Of a stretch of 64,000 bases of DNA, positions 37,246 to 47,203 are shown in pieces. The translations under genes were made by a program, and so were the position numbers. The stretch lies in IMG/VR virus record IMGVR_UViG_3300045541_000131, positions 32,001 to 96,000 of that record, one strand, 5' to 3'. Origin of the DNA: a virus. Each line of letters opens with the position of its first letter. Position 1 is the first letter of the stretch. The notes beneath the pieces are model-generated. The model was not told the DNA's origin. It did not search any database and saw nothing but the letters and a program-made list of their open reading frames with translations.

Positions 37246-38776
37246 AAAAACAAGAATTGACATGCAAGCAAAGAATATGGATTATGCCATATTCTTACCT
37301 AGCATTAGCGGGTTTTACCAAGAGCAAGTCAGCAACCAACAGCAGGATCCAAACTGGATTCCTCGGAATCGTATTCCTGCAGAGTTCGAACTTGGGGTAG
37401 AAGGCCTTAACTTCCTTAACAAGGAACAAAGTTATTTCTACTATCCTGATGCATTGTATTCGGCAGGCCATGCACAGCTCAACACTCAAAAGAGCCTTAC
37501 CGAAGAAAGCATGATCCAACAACGAGATCGAAAGAATACTTTTATTCTTGGCGACTCAGGTGGATTCCAGATCGGTAAAGGTGTTATTAACTTTGACTGG
37601 CAGCACTTCTGGGAAAAGCAAGGCGATGCTGGCTATGTAGGCAAAGCAGATAAGACTCGTATGGCCATTCTTAACTGGCTAGAGTTTACTGCTGACTACA
37701 GCATGGTACTTGATATTCCTACTTGGGCGGCCGCTCCTATCAATCAGGAACGCACAGGCCTTAAGACATTCCAAGACTGTCTAAGTGGCACATTGTTTAA
37801 CAATGATTTCTTCCTGCGTAATCGTCAAGGCAAGACCAAGTTCCTGAACGTTCTACAAGGCGGTAACAATGTTGACGCCGAGATTTGGTACGAACAGGTC
37901 AAGCACTATCCCTTCGAAGGTTGGGCTATGGGCGGCAACAACATGAAGGACGTTGATCTCATGTTGCGTCGACTGATTAAACTGCGCGATGAAAAGTTGC
38001 TAGAGCCTGGTCGTGACGTTATTCACTTCCTGGGTACAAGTAAACTTGAACTGGCTTGTTTGCTAACTGCTATTCAACGTAATATTCGCAAGAGTATTAA
38101 TCCTGCTATGAAGGTAACATTTGACTGTGCTAGTCCGTTCTTAGCCACTGCTTATGGTCAGATTTATACTCAACACGTTCATCAGAATAAGCGATTTAGT
38201 TATATCATGGACAAGGCTATAGATGACAAGCGTCTATCAGGTAGCAAGTTGCCTTTCCCATGGGGCAGTCCAATCGGCGAGCGAGTCACTATGGGAGACT
38301 TGTGCTGGTACAAGCCCGGTGATGTTAACAAGTTCGGCAAAGAATGTAAGACATCATGGGACAGTTTCAGCTATGCCATCATGATGGCACATAATGTCTA
38401 TCAGCATATCGAAAGCGTTCAACGTGCCAATATGTTACTAGACTCTGCTTGTAGTTTATATCAACCCGATCCCGGCAAGTTTAGCAAAGCCAAAGGTGTT
38501 AGTGCTGAATTCAGCAATTGGGTACCACGTAGTGTTATCTATGGTGTTGAACTAATCAATCGTGTGTTTGCCAGCGAAACTCCTTACACTGAGCTAGATA
38601 ATGCACAGGCATTGTTAGCAGAACTCAACGGCAAGAAAACTCTTAAGAGCAGTGCCGAAGCATTTGGTGCCTTGTTTGCCAGTGATGACAAGGGCGACGA
38701 CAATGATGCTGAAGCTGCTGAAGCTTGGGACGAAGATCATGCCGAAGAACTGCTAGCGGAGGTTCGTAATGCCTAA
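37232..38776 (+). CDS. dpdA: tRNA-guanine transglycosylase-fold protein (DpdA-like DNA base-exchange enzyme)
   Basis: DSGGFQ, MVLDIP, NVLQG, GWAMGG, IHFLG, FDCAS and HN motifs; context of folE, queD and queE. Confidence 0.72.
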   Translation: MSLSKKTRIDMQAKNMDYAIFLPSISGFYQEQVSNQQQDPNWIPRNRIPAEFELGVEGLNFLNKEQSYFYYPDALYSAGHAQLNTQKSLTEESMIQQRDRKNTFILGDSGGFQIGKGVINFDWQHFWEKQGDAGYVGKADKTRMAILNWLEFTADYSMVLDIPTWAAAPINQERTGLKTFQDCLSGTLFNNDFFLRNRQGKTKFLNVLQGGNNVDAEIWYEQVKHYPFEGWAMGGNNMKDVDLMLRRLIKLRDEKLLEPGRDVIHFLGTSKLELACLLTAIQRNIRKSINPAMKVTFDCASPFLATAYGQIYTQHVHQNKRFSYIMDKAIDDKRLSGSKLPFPWGSPIGERVTMGDLCWYKPGDVNKFGKECKTSWDSFSYAIMMAHNVYQHIESVQRANMLLDSACSLYQPDPGKFSKAKGVSAEFSNWVPRSVIYGVELINRVFASETPYTELDNAQALLAELNGKKTLKSSAEAFGALFASDDKGDDNDAEAAEAWDEDHAEELLAEVRNA

Positions 38777-39653
38777 GGCCTTAGTTATTGGCCTAGGCAT
38801 GGGCCAACAGTATCGTGACTGGATGGCAGAGATGGGCTATGAAGTTTTTACCTGTGACATAGACGCAGGTAAAAGCCCCGACTACACCAATATGAATGAA
38901 GCTATATTAGAGCATAAAAACTTTGATATTGTTTATATTGGCACGCCAAACTTTACGCATGAGATATTGGCCTATAATGTAGTTAATAACTGTCGCTTAT
39001 TGCTGATTGAAAAACCCGGTGTCGTTGACAGCATGTCTTGGCGTAACTTGGTCAAGTCTAATCCTAGTACTAGGATTATGATGGTTAAGAACAATCAATA
39101 TCGTCCCGAGATTGCCGAATTTAAACGACTGGCCAGTATGAGCGAGCGTGTATATGTTCGTTGGAACAATCGCAATCGTATTCCTCATCCTGGCAGTTGG
39201 TTTACTACTCGTAGTAAGGCATTTGGCGGTGTCAGTAGGGACTTGATTCCTCACATGTTAAGTTACTACTGTGCGTTGACAAACTATAGCACTGGTGTTA
39301 GACTATTTGCTCAGGCACAACAGCGACATGAACTCAAGGATATTCAAGATACTGATTACGGCAGCGTTAATCATAGTGGTGTTTACGATGTCGACGACTT
39401 CTGTGAATTTGAATTTAAAAATGCCGACACTCGTTGGGTATTAACAGCTAATTGGAAAGATGATCGGGCCGATGACAGTAGCATTACATTTGATGTTTCC
39501 GATCAGATTACAAAGTTTGAATTAGGCCTTTGTCCTAAGGAAGCGTATCAGACTATGATAGAAACTGCTGTGGCAAACCTAAATAATAATATATTCTGGG
39601 AAGAACAATTAGCTCAGGATCTTTGGATACACAAACAAATCGAACATCTATGA
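38769..39653 (+). CDS. Gfo/Idh/MocA-family oxidoreductase
   Basis: IGLGMG, DIVYIGTPN..H, IEKP and GG...DL.PH motifs. Confidence 0.85.
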   Translation: MPKALVIGLGMGQQYRDWMAEMGYEVFTCDIDAGKSPDYTNMNEAILEHKNFDIVYIGTPNFTHEILAYNVVNNCRLLLIEKPGVVDSMSWRNLVKSNPSTRIMMVKNNQYRPEIAEFKRLASMSERVYVRWNNRNRIPHPGSWFTTRSKAFGGVSRDLIPHMLSYYCALTNYSTGVRLFAQAQQRHELKDIQDTDYGSVNHSGVYDVDDFCEFEFKNADTRWVLTANWKDDRADDSSITFDVSDQITKFELGLCPKEAYQTMIETAVANLNNNIFWEEQLAQDLWIHKQIEHL

Positions 39654-40546
39654 ATAGAGTATTAGCAACTACAGGGCAAGGTCAGTTCGTTGAAACTGAA
39701 TATACCGGCAGCTTAGATATTGAACCTAATCAGATTCTTGTTGAATCTGTAATGACTGGCGTATGTCGCAGTGACATTGATATGATGCAGGGCAACTTTG
39801 GTCCGTTGCCTATTAATATGCAGGGACACGAAGGATTAGGTCGTGTCATCGAAATTGGAAAGGAAGTAAAAGATGTTATCGTTGGAGACTATGTTGCAAC
39901 CCGAGGCGAACCAGCCTATGCCGACAGATATGTTGTTCGTCATAGAGAATATGTTAGGGTTCCAGAGGCTCATCCTCGATTTATATTGGAACCAGTGGCT
40001 TGCGGCATCAACGTTATACATCAACCTATTCGAGAAATCGCTGAACGCAGTGGGCCAGGACGTAAACTCCTAATCCTTGGCAGTGGCTTTTTGGCTTGGG
40101 TGGCTTATAACACTATCATGCTCAATCACTTAGAATTCGATATTACTGTTATTGGCAACAGTAATAAAGAACTTTGGGGACAACAACTGGCTCTATACTA
40201 CGGCGGCAAGTTTGATGTTGTTATTGATTTAAGTAGTAGAGATGATGTGTTTACCAAAGACATCCTACGCAATGAAGCATTGGTAGTATTTGGTGTTGAG
40301 AAAAAGATAACCACATCATTTGCCAATTTACTTTGGAAAGCCTGTACTATAGTATTTCCCAGCCCCAGAACTGACAAGTTTTACCAATGTATGGCAGATG
40401 CGGCTCGTTGGATAGAGGATGGCGATATTGATGTTGACACCTTCTGGACCAAAGTCTATAATAGGGATACCGAATGGCAGCAGGCATTTACCGACGGAGT
40501 AAACCGCCCCGAAGGTTACAGCAGAGGATATATTAAATGGCTTTGA
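39650..40546 (+). CDS. Medium-chain (Zn-type) dehydrogenase
   Basis: GVCRSD, GHEG.G.V..G..V...VGD.V, EP.AC and ILGSG motifs. Confidence 0.85.
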   Translation: MNRVLATTGQGQFVETEYTGSLDIEPNQILVESVMTGVCRSDIDMMQGNFGPLPINMQGHEGLGRVIEIGKEVKDVIVGDYVATRGEPAYADRYVVRHREYVRVPEAHPRFILEPVACGINVIHQPIREIAERSGPGRKLLILGSGFLAWVAYNTIMLNHLEFDITVIGNSNKELWGQQLALYYGGKFDVVIDLSSRDDVFTKDILRNEALVVFGVEKKITTSFANLLWKACTIVFPSPRTDKFYQCMADAARWIEDGDIDVDTFWTKVYNRDTEWQQAFTDGVNRPEGYSRGYIKWL

Positions 40547-41055
40547 ATACCGCAGAACGAAAGAACATTGTTTACTTTACTGGATATGAGGTAGAGCATA
40601 CCGTTTGTTATGGTATGAAAACTTTGTTTGTTGTAGGCACACCGCCCTTGGCAGAAATTCTTGAACGAGCACGACAAGACCCTGAAATCAAGCAAATCTA
40701 TTTTGGCACCAGTCAAAGTTTTACACCTCGCGAAACTAGTGAGTGGAGGACCTGGGATGATCGTATTACAGGTTGTTTAAATGCAGATTATTGGGTTACA
40801 CTAGACTTTGATTCGTCGTATGCTCAAGAAATGCACGAAGAAGGTTGGTGTGAGCATGACAAATTCGTGCCTATGATCAGTGTTAAGCTGCCTTATATTA
40901 AACTCTATAACTATAATACAACACTTAAGATTGATGATAATACATGGGGTGCTACTAACCCTGGTGTATGGACACACCAACTGCATGATTTGATGAGTAA
41001 GGACAAATATACCTACTGGGATCAATACACACAGGATACACCAACTAATGAGTAA
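40537..41055 (+). CDS. Hypothetical protein within the DNA-modification locus
   Basis: 172 aa; G.EVE, IYFG..SF and KIDD..W..TNPGVW; overlaps both neighbours. Confidence 0.65.
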   Translation: MALNTAERKNIVYFTGYEVEHTVCYGMKTLFVVGTPPLAEILERARQDPEIKQIYFGTSQSFTPRETSEWRTWDDRITGCLNADYWVTLDFDSSYAQEMHEEGWCEHDKFVPMISVKLPYIKLYNYNTTLKIDDNTWGATNPGVWTHQLHDLMSKDKYTYWDQYTQDTPTNE

Positions 41056-42151
41056 TATATTTTTAGTTGACTTAGAAGCTGTCGAGACACGCTACACAGG
41101 ACAATGGAAGCATCATGTTCCCGAACTACTTAAAAAAGCAGGACATCAAGTTCAAGTTATCAGTGGCCCTGAAGACATTCCTAGTGCCACTACTCCTGGG
41201 GCCTTTCTTAATTTTGGCGGCACTAATATCTATAAGTCTCGACAAGTTGAGCAAATGGGTCGTTTATTTTGCTCCGGAGCAGTTAGGCCTGGTGATCATT
41301 TTCTTTTTACTGATGCTTGGCATCCTGGTATCATAAACTTAAAGTACATGAGTGAACTGTTGCAGATTCCTGTGACAATTCATGCATTATGGCATGCTGG
41401 CAGTTATGATCCGCATGACTTTCTAGGACGCCTTATCGGTGATGAGCCTTGGGTTCGTTATGCAGAAAAAAGTTTTTATCATGCCATTGACCATAACTAC
41501 TTTGCCACAGCCTTTCATATCGATATGTTTGTGCGTAATCTTCTTAATGACAATGGCTCTGCAGAAAATCCTTGGTTAGAAGATGACTTGGACATGATTA
41601 TGGCTAGCCAATCTGCCAAGTTTGTTCGCACAGGTTGGCCCATGGAATATATGGAAGCAACGCTAACTCCATACAAAAATATGACTAAGCGTGATCTTAT
41701 TTTATTTCCGCATCGTATCGCACCCGAGAAGCAAGTTGATATCTTTAGAGACTTAAAGCAACATTTGCCTCAGTATGAGTTTGTTGTTTGTCAAGATCAT
41801 CAGTTGACTAAGAATGAATATCATAACTTGCTAGGCCAAGCAAAACTAGTATTCAGTGCCAACTTACAAGAAACACTGGGTATCAGTTGTTATGAAGGTG
41901 CCATTGTTGATGCTATTCCAATGGTGCCTGATAGGCTAAGTTATCGAGAAATGTATTTCGAAAGTTTTAAGTATCCTAGTAAGTGGACAGAAAGTTTCGA
42001 TGCTTATTCTGTTTATCGACCGGATCTCTGCAGAAAGATCATGGAGCATATGGATCATTATGAAACTCGTTTGCCCATGCTTAAAAAGCAAACACAGTCG
42101 CTGACAGAACATTTTTTCAGCGCCAACAAGCTCTTGGAGAACATTAAGTGA
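41048..42151 (+). CDS. GT-B (GT4-like) glycosyltransferase
   Basis: FPHR.APEK and S...QETLGIS..EG.....IP..PDRLSY.E (ExxxxxxxE nucleotide-sugar motif). Confidence 0.78.
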   Translation: MSNIFLVDLEAVETRYTGQWKHHVPELLKKAGHQVQVISGPEDIPSATTPGAFLNFGGTNIYKSRQVEQMGRLFCSGAVRPGDHFLFTDAWHPGIINLKYMSELLQIPVTIHALWHAGSYDPHDFLGRLIGDEPWVRYAEKSFYHAIDHNYFATAFHIDMFVRNLLNDNGSAENPWLEDDLDMIMASQSAKFVRTGWPMEYMEATLTPYKNMTKRDLILFPHRIAPEKQVDIFRDLKQHLPQYEFVVCQDHQLTKNEYHNLLGQAKLVFSANLQETLGISCYEGAIVDAIPMVPDRLSYREMYFESFKYPSKWTESFDAYSVYRPDLCRKIMEHMDHYETRLPMLKKQTQSLTEHFFSANKLLENIK

Positions 42152-42528
42152 TTAAAGTAATTTTCACTGGCGGCCAGCCTAATATGTATCAGCTTGATCG
42201 CAGTTATAGTTTACCAAGTGTTACTGGCCAAGTTCGCTGGAACGGTTCTAGTAAATGTTTTGAAGTATGCGACAATAACAATGGCAATTATTCAGCCAGT
42301 GGTGGTTGGATGAAAATTGACAATACCATTGAAATGAATACTAACGGTCCTGACATTTGGGAAATGCATCGCTGGATCGAAGAAAAGAAACGAGAAGAGG
42401 CTGAACTCAAGGCACTACGCACTAAATACCCAGCACTAGACGAAGCTTACAATCACTACAATCTTATTAAGGAATTAGTTAAGGCTGGCCCTGAATACAG
42501 TAATGAAAAGGAACCCAATCGTCCATGA
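42148..42528 (+). CDS. Hypothetical protein
   Basis: Coupled ORF with a C-terminal coiled coil. Confidence 0.55.
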   Translation: MIKVIFTGGQPNMYQLDRSYSLPSVTGQVRWNGSSKCFEVCDNNNGNYSASGGWMKIDNTIEMNTNGPDIWEMHRWIEEKKREEAELKALRTKYPALDEAYNHYNLIKELVKAGPEYSNEKEPNRP

Positions 42529-42998
42529 TTTTCAATAAAGTTCGTGAGCTTAAAGATAAAGGCCTAAAAATCGGCATAACTTTTAGCACATTTGATCTGC
42601 TGCATGCAGGACATATTGCTATGTTAGCGGAGGCAAAAAATCACTGCGATTACTTGATTGTCGGTCTACAAACTGATCCTACTATTGATCGTCCCGGCAC
42701 AAAGAACAAACCTGTTCAAAGTGTCGTTGAGCGACAAATACAACTAGCTGCTGTTCGGTATGTTGACGAAATAGTAGTTTATCAAACAGAACAAGATTTG
42801 CTAGACATTATTCTTACTCTGCCTATTGATGTAAGAATCTTGGGCGTCGAATATCGTGACAAAGACTTCACTGGTAGATCGCAAGGACTTACTAGAAATA
42901 TCGAACATATCTATAATCGCCGTGATCATAGTTTCAGTTCTAGTAATCTTCGCAAGCGTGTCGTCGAAGCAGAATTAATGAAAGAATTAAAACAATGA
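42525..42998 (+). CDS. Cytidylyltransferase (TagD/RfaE-like)
   Basis: TFDLLHAGH, LIVGL.TD, ER, VDE and R...SSS.LR motifs. Confidence 0.88.
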   Translation: MIFNKVRELKDKGLKIGITFSTFDLLHAGHIAMLAEAKNHCDYLIVGLQTDPTIDRPGTKNKPVQSVVERQIQLAAVRYVDEIVVYQTEQDLLDIILTLPIDVRILGVEYRDKDFTGRSQGLTRNIEHIYNRRDHSFSSSNLRKRVVEAELMKELKQ

Positions 42999-43918
42999 GA
43001 ATTGGTGTTATTGGATATGGATACGTAGGTAAAGCAGTTGCGGCTGCACATGACAGAAACTTGATTATGGTCAATGACCCATATGCTTTAGAAGAATGGG
43101 AACAGTATACCATTGATCAAATTAAAGAACATACTGGCTGGGTGTATGTTTGTGTCCCGACCCCGATGGCAGAAGATGGTAGTTGCGACACTAGTATTCT
43201 GCAAGGAGTATTGGATAGTTTAGCGGATTACGAAGGTATTGTTATTAGCAAATGTACCGCACCACCAGAATTTTACATTAATATTTCCAAAGAGTGCGGA
43301 AAATATAAAAAGTATAAATTCCGTTTAATTCATATGCCCGAGTTCTTAACCGCGGCCAATGCTCTGCACGATTATATGCATCCTGAACTAATTGTCATTG
43401 GAGGTAATGCCCACGATACCAGTTATGTTTCTCAATTTGTTATCGCTACTGATATGACCTATAAAACCAAGGCTAAGGTTATTAGAACAGACATCGGTAG
43501 TGCGGCCGCTATGAAATATTATGCCAATAGTTGGTTAGCCACTAAGGTTGTGTTTAATAATCAATTTGCCAAATGGTGTGAAAGCCAAGGTGTAAATTGG
43601 AATGATATGGCCGAAGTTTGCAAAGAAGATCAGAGATTAGGTAAAAGTCATTATCGTGTTCCTGGCGAAAATGGTGATGTTGGCTATGGTGGCGCTTGTT
43701 TTCCTAAAGATGTTAGTGCTATTTTGACATCGGCTGGAAAAAAGAATGTTGATATGAGTCTATTACAAAAGCAAGTTGATATTAATAATCAAATGCGAGA
43801 GCAACAGAGATTAGAACGGGAAGAGGCCGAACGACTTAAGAGTTCAATTCCAACTCGCCGAAATCGAAACGAAATTCCTCGTGGGCCGATTGCTCGACAA
43901 CCTCGCCGAAATCGTTGA
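42995..43918 (+). CDS. UDP-glucose/GDP-mannose dehydrogenase family protein (short form)
   Basis: GYGYVG, CVPTP, PEFL, KY.AN..LA.KV.F.N and GYGGACFPKD; lacks the usual C-terminal domain. Confidence 0.85.
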   Translation: MRIGVIGYGYVGKAVAAAHDRNLIMVNDPYALEEWEQYTIDQIKEHTGWVYVCVPTPMAEDGSCDTSILQGVLDSLADYEGIVISKCTAPPEFYINISKECGKYKKYKFRLIHMPEFLTAANALHDYMHPELIVIGGNAHDTSYVSQFVIATDMTYKTKAKVIRTDIGSAAAMKYYANSWLATKVVFNNQFAKWCESQGVNWNDMAEVCKEDQRLGKSHYRVPGENGDVGYGGACFPKDVSAILTSAGKKNVDMSLLQKQVDINNQMREQQRLEREEAERLKSSIPTRRNRNEIPRGPIARQPRRNR

Positions 43919-43985
43919 CTATGCCTAAATACTATTGTATAATCTAAATATACGTGTGACCCACCACAATAACTCGGAGAATAAA

Positions 43986-44687
43986 TTGACAGATACAAGT
44001 AAAAACCTAAGCCAAATCCTTCGCGAACGAATGAAGGCCGACAACAAACGATTCTGGGCCGGAGACAACATTAGTGACTACATTGCGCCCAGTGACAAAG
44101 AACACTTAATCAACGAAGCTACTAAAGCCTTTGAACAAGTATTGGACACTCTGCTAATTGACAGGGAAACTGATCCAAATAGTAAAGGTACAGCGCGGCG
44201 TCTTGCCAAGATGTACTTTAATGAGATAATGAGTGGTCGATATGAACCAAGGCCGGATGCGACAAGTTTTCCCAACGATTCGGTGGATCGTTACGAAGGC
44301 ATGCTAGTTGTTCGTAGTGAACTTCGTAGTATGTGTAGCCATCATCACCAGCCGGTGTCGGGAGTTGCTTATATTGGTATCATTGCTGCCGAGAAGCTTA
44401 TTGGCCTTAGCAAGTATACTCGTATTGCTCAATGGTGTGCTCGTCGCGGTACACTACAAGAAGAATTGGCTAATGACATTGCCAGAGAAATTGAAAAAGC
44501 TACTGGTGCCAAGAACCTGGGTGTTTATATTCAAGCCACACACGGATGCTGTGAAAATCGTGGCATTATGGCACATAGTAGTCTAACACAAACTACAGTA
44601 CTGAAAGGTTCTTTTAAAGAAGATCCGGGTGCTAAAAAAGAATTCTTTGACAATATTAAACTTCAGCAAGAGTTTGCTCCGAGGTAA
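43986..44687 (+). CDS. folE: GTP cyclohydrolase I
   Basis: T.RRLAKMY, SMCSHH..P, IGLSK..R, R..LQE and H.C...RG motifs. TTG start follows GGAGA. Confidence 0.95.
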   Translation: MTDTSKNLSQILRERMKADNKRFWAGDNISDYIAPSDKEHLINEATKAFEQVLDTLLIDRETDPNSKGTARRLAKMYFNEIMSGRYEPRPDATSFPNDSVDRYEGMLVVRSELRSMCSHHHQPVSGVAYIGIIAAEKLIGLSKYTRIAQWCARRGTLQEELANDIAREIEKATGAKNLGVYIQATHGCCENRGIMAHSSLTQTTVLKGSFKEDPGAKKEFFDNIKLQQEFAPR

Positions 44688-44689
44688 TT

Positions 44690-44875
44690 ATGAAAGATCC
44701 TATTGTGCAAGAATTGGTCGATGATCTTAAAAATTCTGTTGCTCGTGTCAATGCATTGATGGCAGAACTACAAAATCACAGCGTTGAAGTGCGTATAGAA
44801 TATAGAGACAGAAAAGGCGATGAACCACAGCGTATAAATTTGTGGCGTATTCAACAGCATAATGACTACCTCTAA
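44690..44875 (+). CDS. Hypothetical protein
   Basis: 61-aa coupled ORF. Confidence 0.55.
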   Translation: MKDPIVQELVDDLKNSVARVNALMAELQNHSVEVRIEYRDRKGDEPQRINLWRIQQHNDYL

Positions 44876-45227
44876 CAATATCGGAATCTATCATGTCACC
44901 GGTGGCGGCACAGGGATTAATTATCCTAATTCTGCTATTGCCAATGGGCAATATACAATCTCTGCCAGCAATAACCTAGGAATAGGACAAACACAACAAA
45001 GTGGAATAACTATAATGGCACCTGACGGCGAAGCGATTATAACCTTTCATACAGATGGCAGGATAGAAACAAAAGGCGGTTCAATACAGGCTCGAGATCT
45101 AACCGCAGTAATTAAACTAATGAAGCGTATGATGACTGACATGGCCAATGATGAAGAACTCGCCAAGAAGTTTCCTTACATCAAGGATGCTGCTCACGAG
45201 TGGGTTATGGATGAACTAAGGAAGTAA
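44862..45227 (+). CDS. Hypothetical protein
   Basis: 121-aa coupled ORF. Confidence 0.55.
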   Translation: MTTSNNIGIYHVTGGGTGINYPNSAIANGQYTISASNNLGIGQTQQSGITIMAPDGEAIITFHTDGRIETKGGSIQARDLTAVIKLMKRMMTDMANDEELAKKFPYIKDAAHEWVMDELRK

Positions 45228-45228
45228 G

Positions 45229-45597
45229 ATGAATATAGAAAAGTATTTTAGTTTTTACGGATCAGCAACACGGTCTGAATATTGGGGAGTGCAAATAATT
45301 TCTTATATTGTATTCTTTGTCTTTGCAATGATGGCTGCTTTAATCAGCACTGCATTGGGACCTTCCGGCGTTATTGCAGTAGGTGTTTTTATCTTTTTAT
45401 TGATTGTTCCACTAACTTGGATTGTAATGGCAACTACAGCAAGACGATGCAGGGACGCAGGCATTAATCCATGGTTTACTGCTGCAATTTTTATCCCGTA
45501 CCTGGCTATTATTCCGTGGATAGTTTTTGGATGTTTATCAACTGTAAAAGGAGAACAAAATGGTAACAAAGAAGAAAGCAACACCAGTGTCAACTGA
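45229..45597 (+). CDS. DUF805-family membrane protein
   Basis: F.F.G.ATRSEYW...RR.RDAG...W signature. Confidence 0.8.
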   Translation: MNIEKYFSFYGSATRSEYWGVQIISYIVFFVFAMMAALISTALGPSGVIAVGVFIFLLIVPLTWIVMATTARRCRDAGINPWFTAAIFIPYLAIIPWIVFGCLSTVKGEQNGNKEESNTSVN

Positions 45598-45844
45598 CCC
45601 GGTGATTGTCAAAGGCAGTCATCTCACAGTGACAACGTGGGCCAATGGTCGCACCGAACTTAAATGGGACGACGAAGCATTGCTGAAAGATGTGCAAAAT
45701 GCTGTTCTAAAATACGAGTCAAATATTCCAGCAACTTCATCAAAGCCTGCTAAAAAGGTTGCGGCGAAGATGACTGTCGACAAAAAAGAACCAGCAAAGA
45801 AAACTGCTGCCAAAAAGACTACACCTAAGAAAACTAAAAAATGA
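45560..45844 (+). CDS. Hypothetical protein with a histone-like Lys/Ala tail
   Basis: AAGGAGA RBS; PAKK/TAAKK repeats. Confidence 0.65.
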   Translation: MVTKKKATPVSTDPVIVKGSHLTVTTWANGRTELKWDDEALLKDVQNAVLKYESNIPATSSKPAKKVAAKMTVDKKEPAKKTAAKKTTPKKTKK

Positions 45845-45984
45845 TCTTCTTAACTATTTTGATCTTTTTATTAGGATTTGCCTGCATGATTTTGGCTGCT
45901 GCCAAGGGTTGGATTAAACCTGGCTGTGCAGGCGACTGTTATCAGGGTCGCAGGGCTTGCAATTGTAGAGGACGCAATGACTAA
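45841..45984 (+). CDS. Small Cys-rich membrane peptide (47 aa)
   Basis: Read manually: MIFLTILIFLLGFACMILAAAKGWIKPGCAGDCYQGRRACNCRGRND; overlaps both neighbours. Confidence 0.55.
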   Translation: MIFLTILIFLLGFACMILAAAKGWIKPGCAGDCYQGRRACNCRGRND

Positions 45985-46567
45985 AGTTTATTATACTTGG
46001 CGACAGTTTGATCGTGATGTAGTCGAGCTAGCAAGACAAATTTGGGTCAGCGGCTGGCAACCAGACTATATTGTAGGTATTAGTCGAGGTGGATTGCCTT
46101 TGGCAGTGGCACTCAGCAACTATATGAACATTCCAATGAAACCCTTGCAGGTCAGCTTGCGAGATGGAGGCGAATGTGTCAGTGACTTAGGCATGGCCGA
46201 AGATGCTTATGGTTATCCGAAGCAAGAAGTCATTGTTAGTGATGAAACAGATTTTGGTGCTGTTCTAGACGCTGCTAATGATTTACTTGAGCAGGGCCCT
46301 AACTACAAAAACATTCTCATTGTAGATGACATCAACGATAGCGGTGCCACATTTAATTGGATTACAGAAGACTGGCCCTCAGGCTGTATGCCTAATGATC
46401 CGGATTGGGCAGATGTGTGGAACAACAATGTAAAGTTTGCTACACTATGGGACAATCCGGCTAGTAAATTTAAATATTCTGTGGATTATACTATTCACAT
46501 AAAAGATCCCGAACAAGATCCATGGATCGTATTCCCATGGGAACAACCATTTACAGGTGAAGCATGA
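45977..46567 (+). CDS. Purine phosphoribosyltransferase (XGPRT-like)
   Basis: IVGISRGG, ILIVDDINDSGAT (PRPP-binding loop) and WIVFPWE. Confidence 0.88.
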   Translation: MTKVYYTWRQFDRDVVELARQIWVSGWQPDYIVGISRGGLPLAVALSNYMNIPMKPLQVSLRDGGECVSDLGMAEDAYGYPKQEVIVSDETDFGAVLDAANDLLEQGPNYKNILIVDDINDSGATFNWITEDWPSGCMPNDPDWADVWNNNVKFATLWDNPASKFKYSVDYTIHIKDPEQDPWIVFPWEQPFTGEA

Positions 46568-46998
46568 AAAGAAAAGGCTCTAAGAAAAAATCCGAAATGA
46601 CTATCAAATTTGATGTCGAACAGTTTATCATGGAAGATCATCCATGGCGTGATCCCATTAAGGAAAATGATAACATGTTTGTTTTCCGCGACGGGTTTCC
46701 GGTAAGTGAAGTTGGTCACTTTTTATTTGTGCCAAAGACTAACGACATGGATGATATATCAGCTTGCCTGGATGCGGCTGTAAAACAAGGTGCTGTGTTT
46801 GTAGATCAAGAAATATGTGATGCATTTAATGTTGGCATGAACTACGGCGAAGCTGCCGGGCAAACTGTCATGTGGCCGCATATTCATTTAATTCTTAGAA
46901 AGACAGGCGACTGTGAAAATCCTCGTGGCGGAGTAAGACATGTTATTCCGGGCAAAGGAGACTACACAAAATATGTCACGGATGCTAATTCAGATTAA
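46564..46998 (+). CDS. HIT-family nucleotide hydrolase
   Basis: D.FPV..GH.L.VPK, N.G.N.G.AAGQTV..PHIH; the first His of the triad is replaced by Trp. Confidence 0.82.
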   Translation: MKRKGSKKKSEMTIKFDVEQFIMEDHPWRDPIKENDNMFVFRDGFPVSEVGHFLFVPKTNDMDDISACLDAAVKQGAVFVDQEICDAFNVGMNYGEAAGQTVMWPHIHLILRKTGDCENPRGGVRHVIPGKGDYTKYVTDANSD

Positions 46999-47203
46999 TT
47001 TTTGGCAAGCCAAACAATTAGAATATTGGCTTAAGGACAACTATCCCGAATGTACCGTTTCGGCAATTGACTATGATCGTCACGTGCCTCCTGAAGAATT
47101 AGATTGGTATAGAGTAGATGGCCCAATTGATGTTGACTTATCCTGCATGATTCAGTTAAAATACGGAAAAGCAAAAGAAGAAACTACAAATGGAAAAATT
47201 TAA
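46973..47203 (+). CDS. Hypothetical protein
   Basis: Short coupled ORF. Confidence 0.5.
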   Translation: MSRMLIQINFWQAKQLEYWLKDNYPECTVSAIDYDRHVPPEELDWYRVDGPIDVDLSCMIQLKYGKAKEETTNGKI

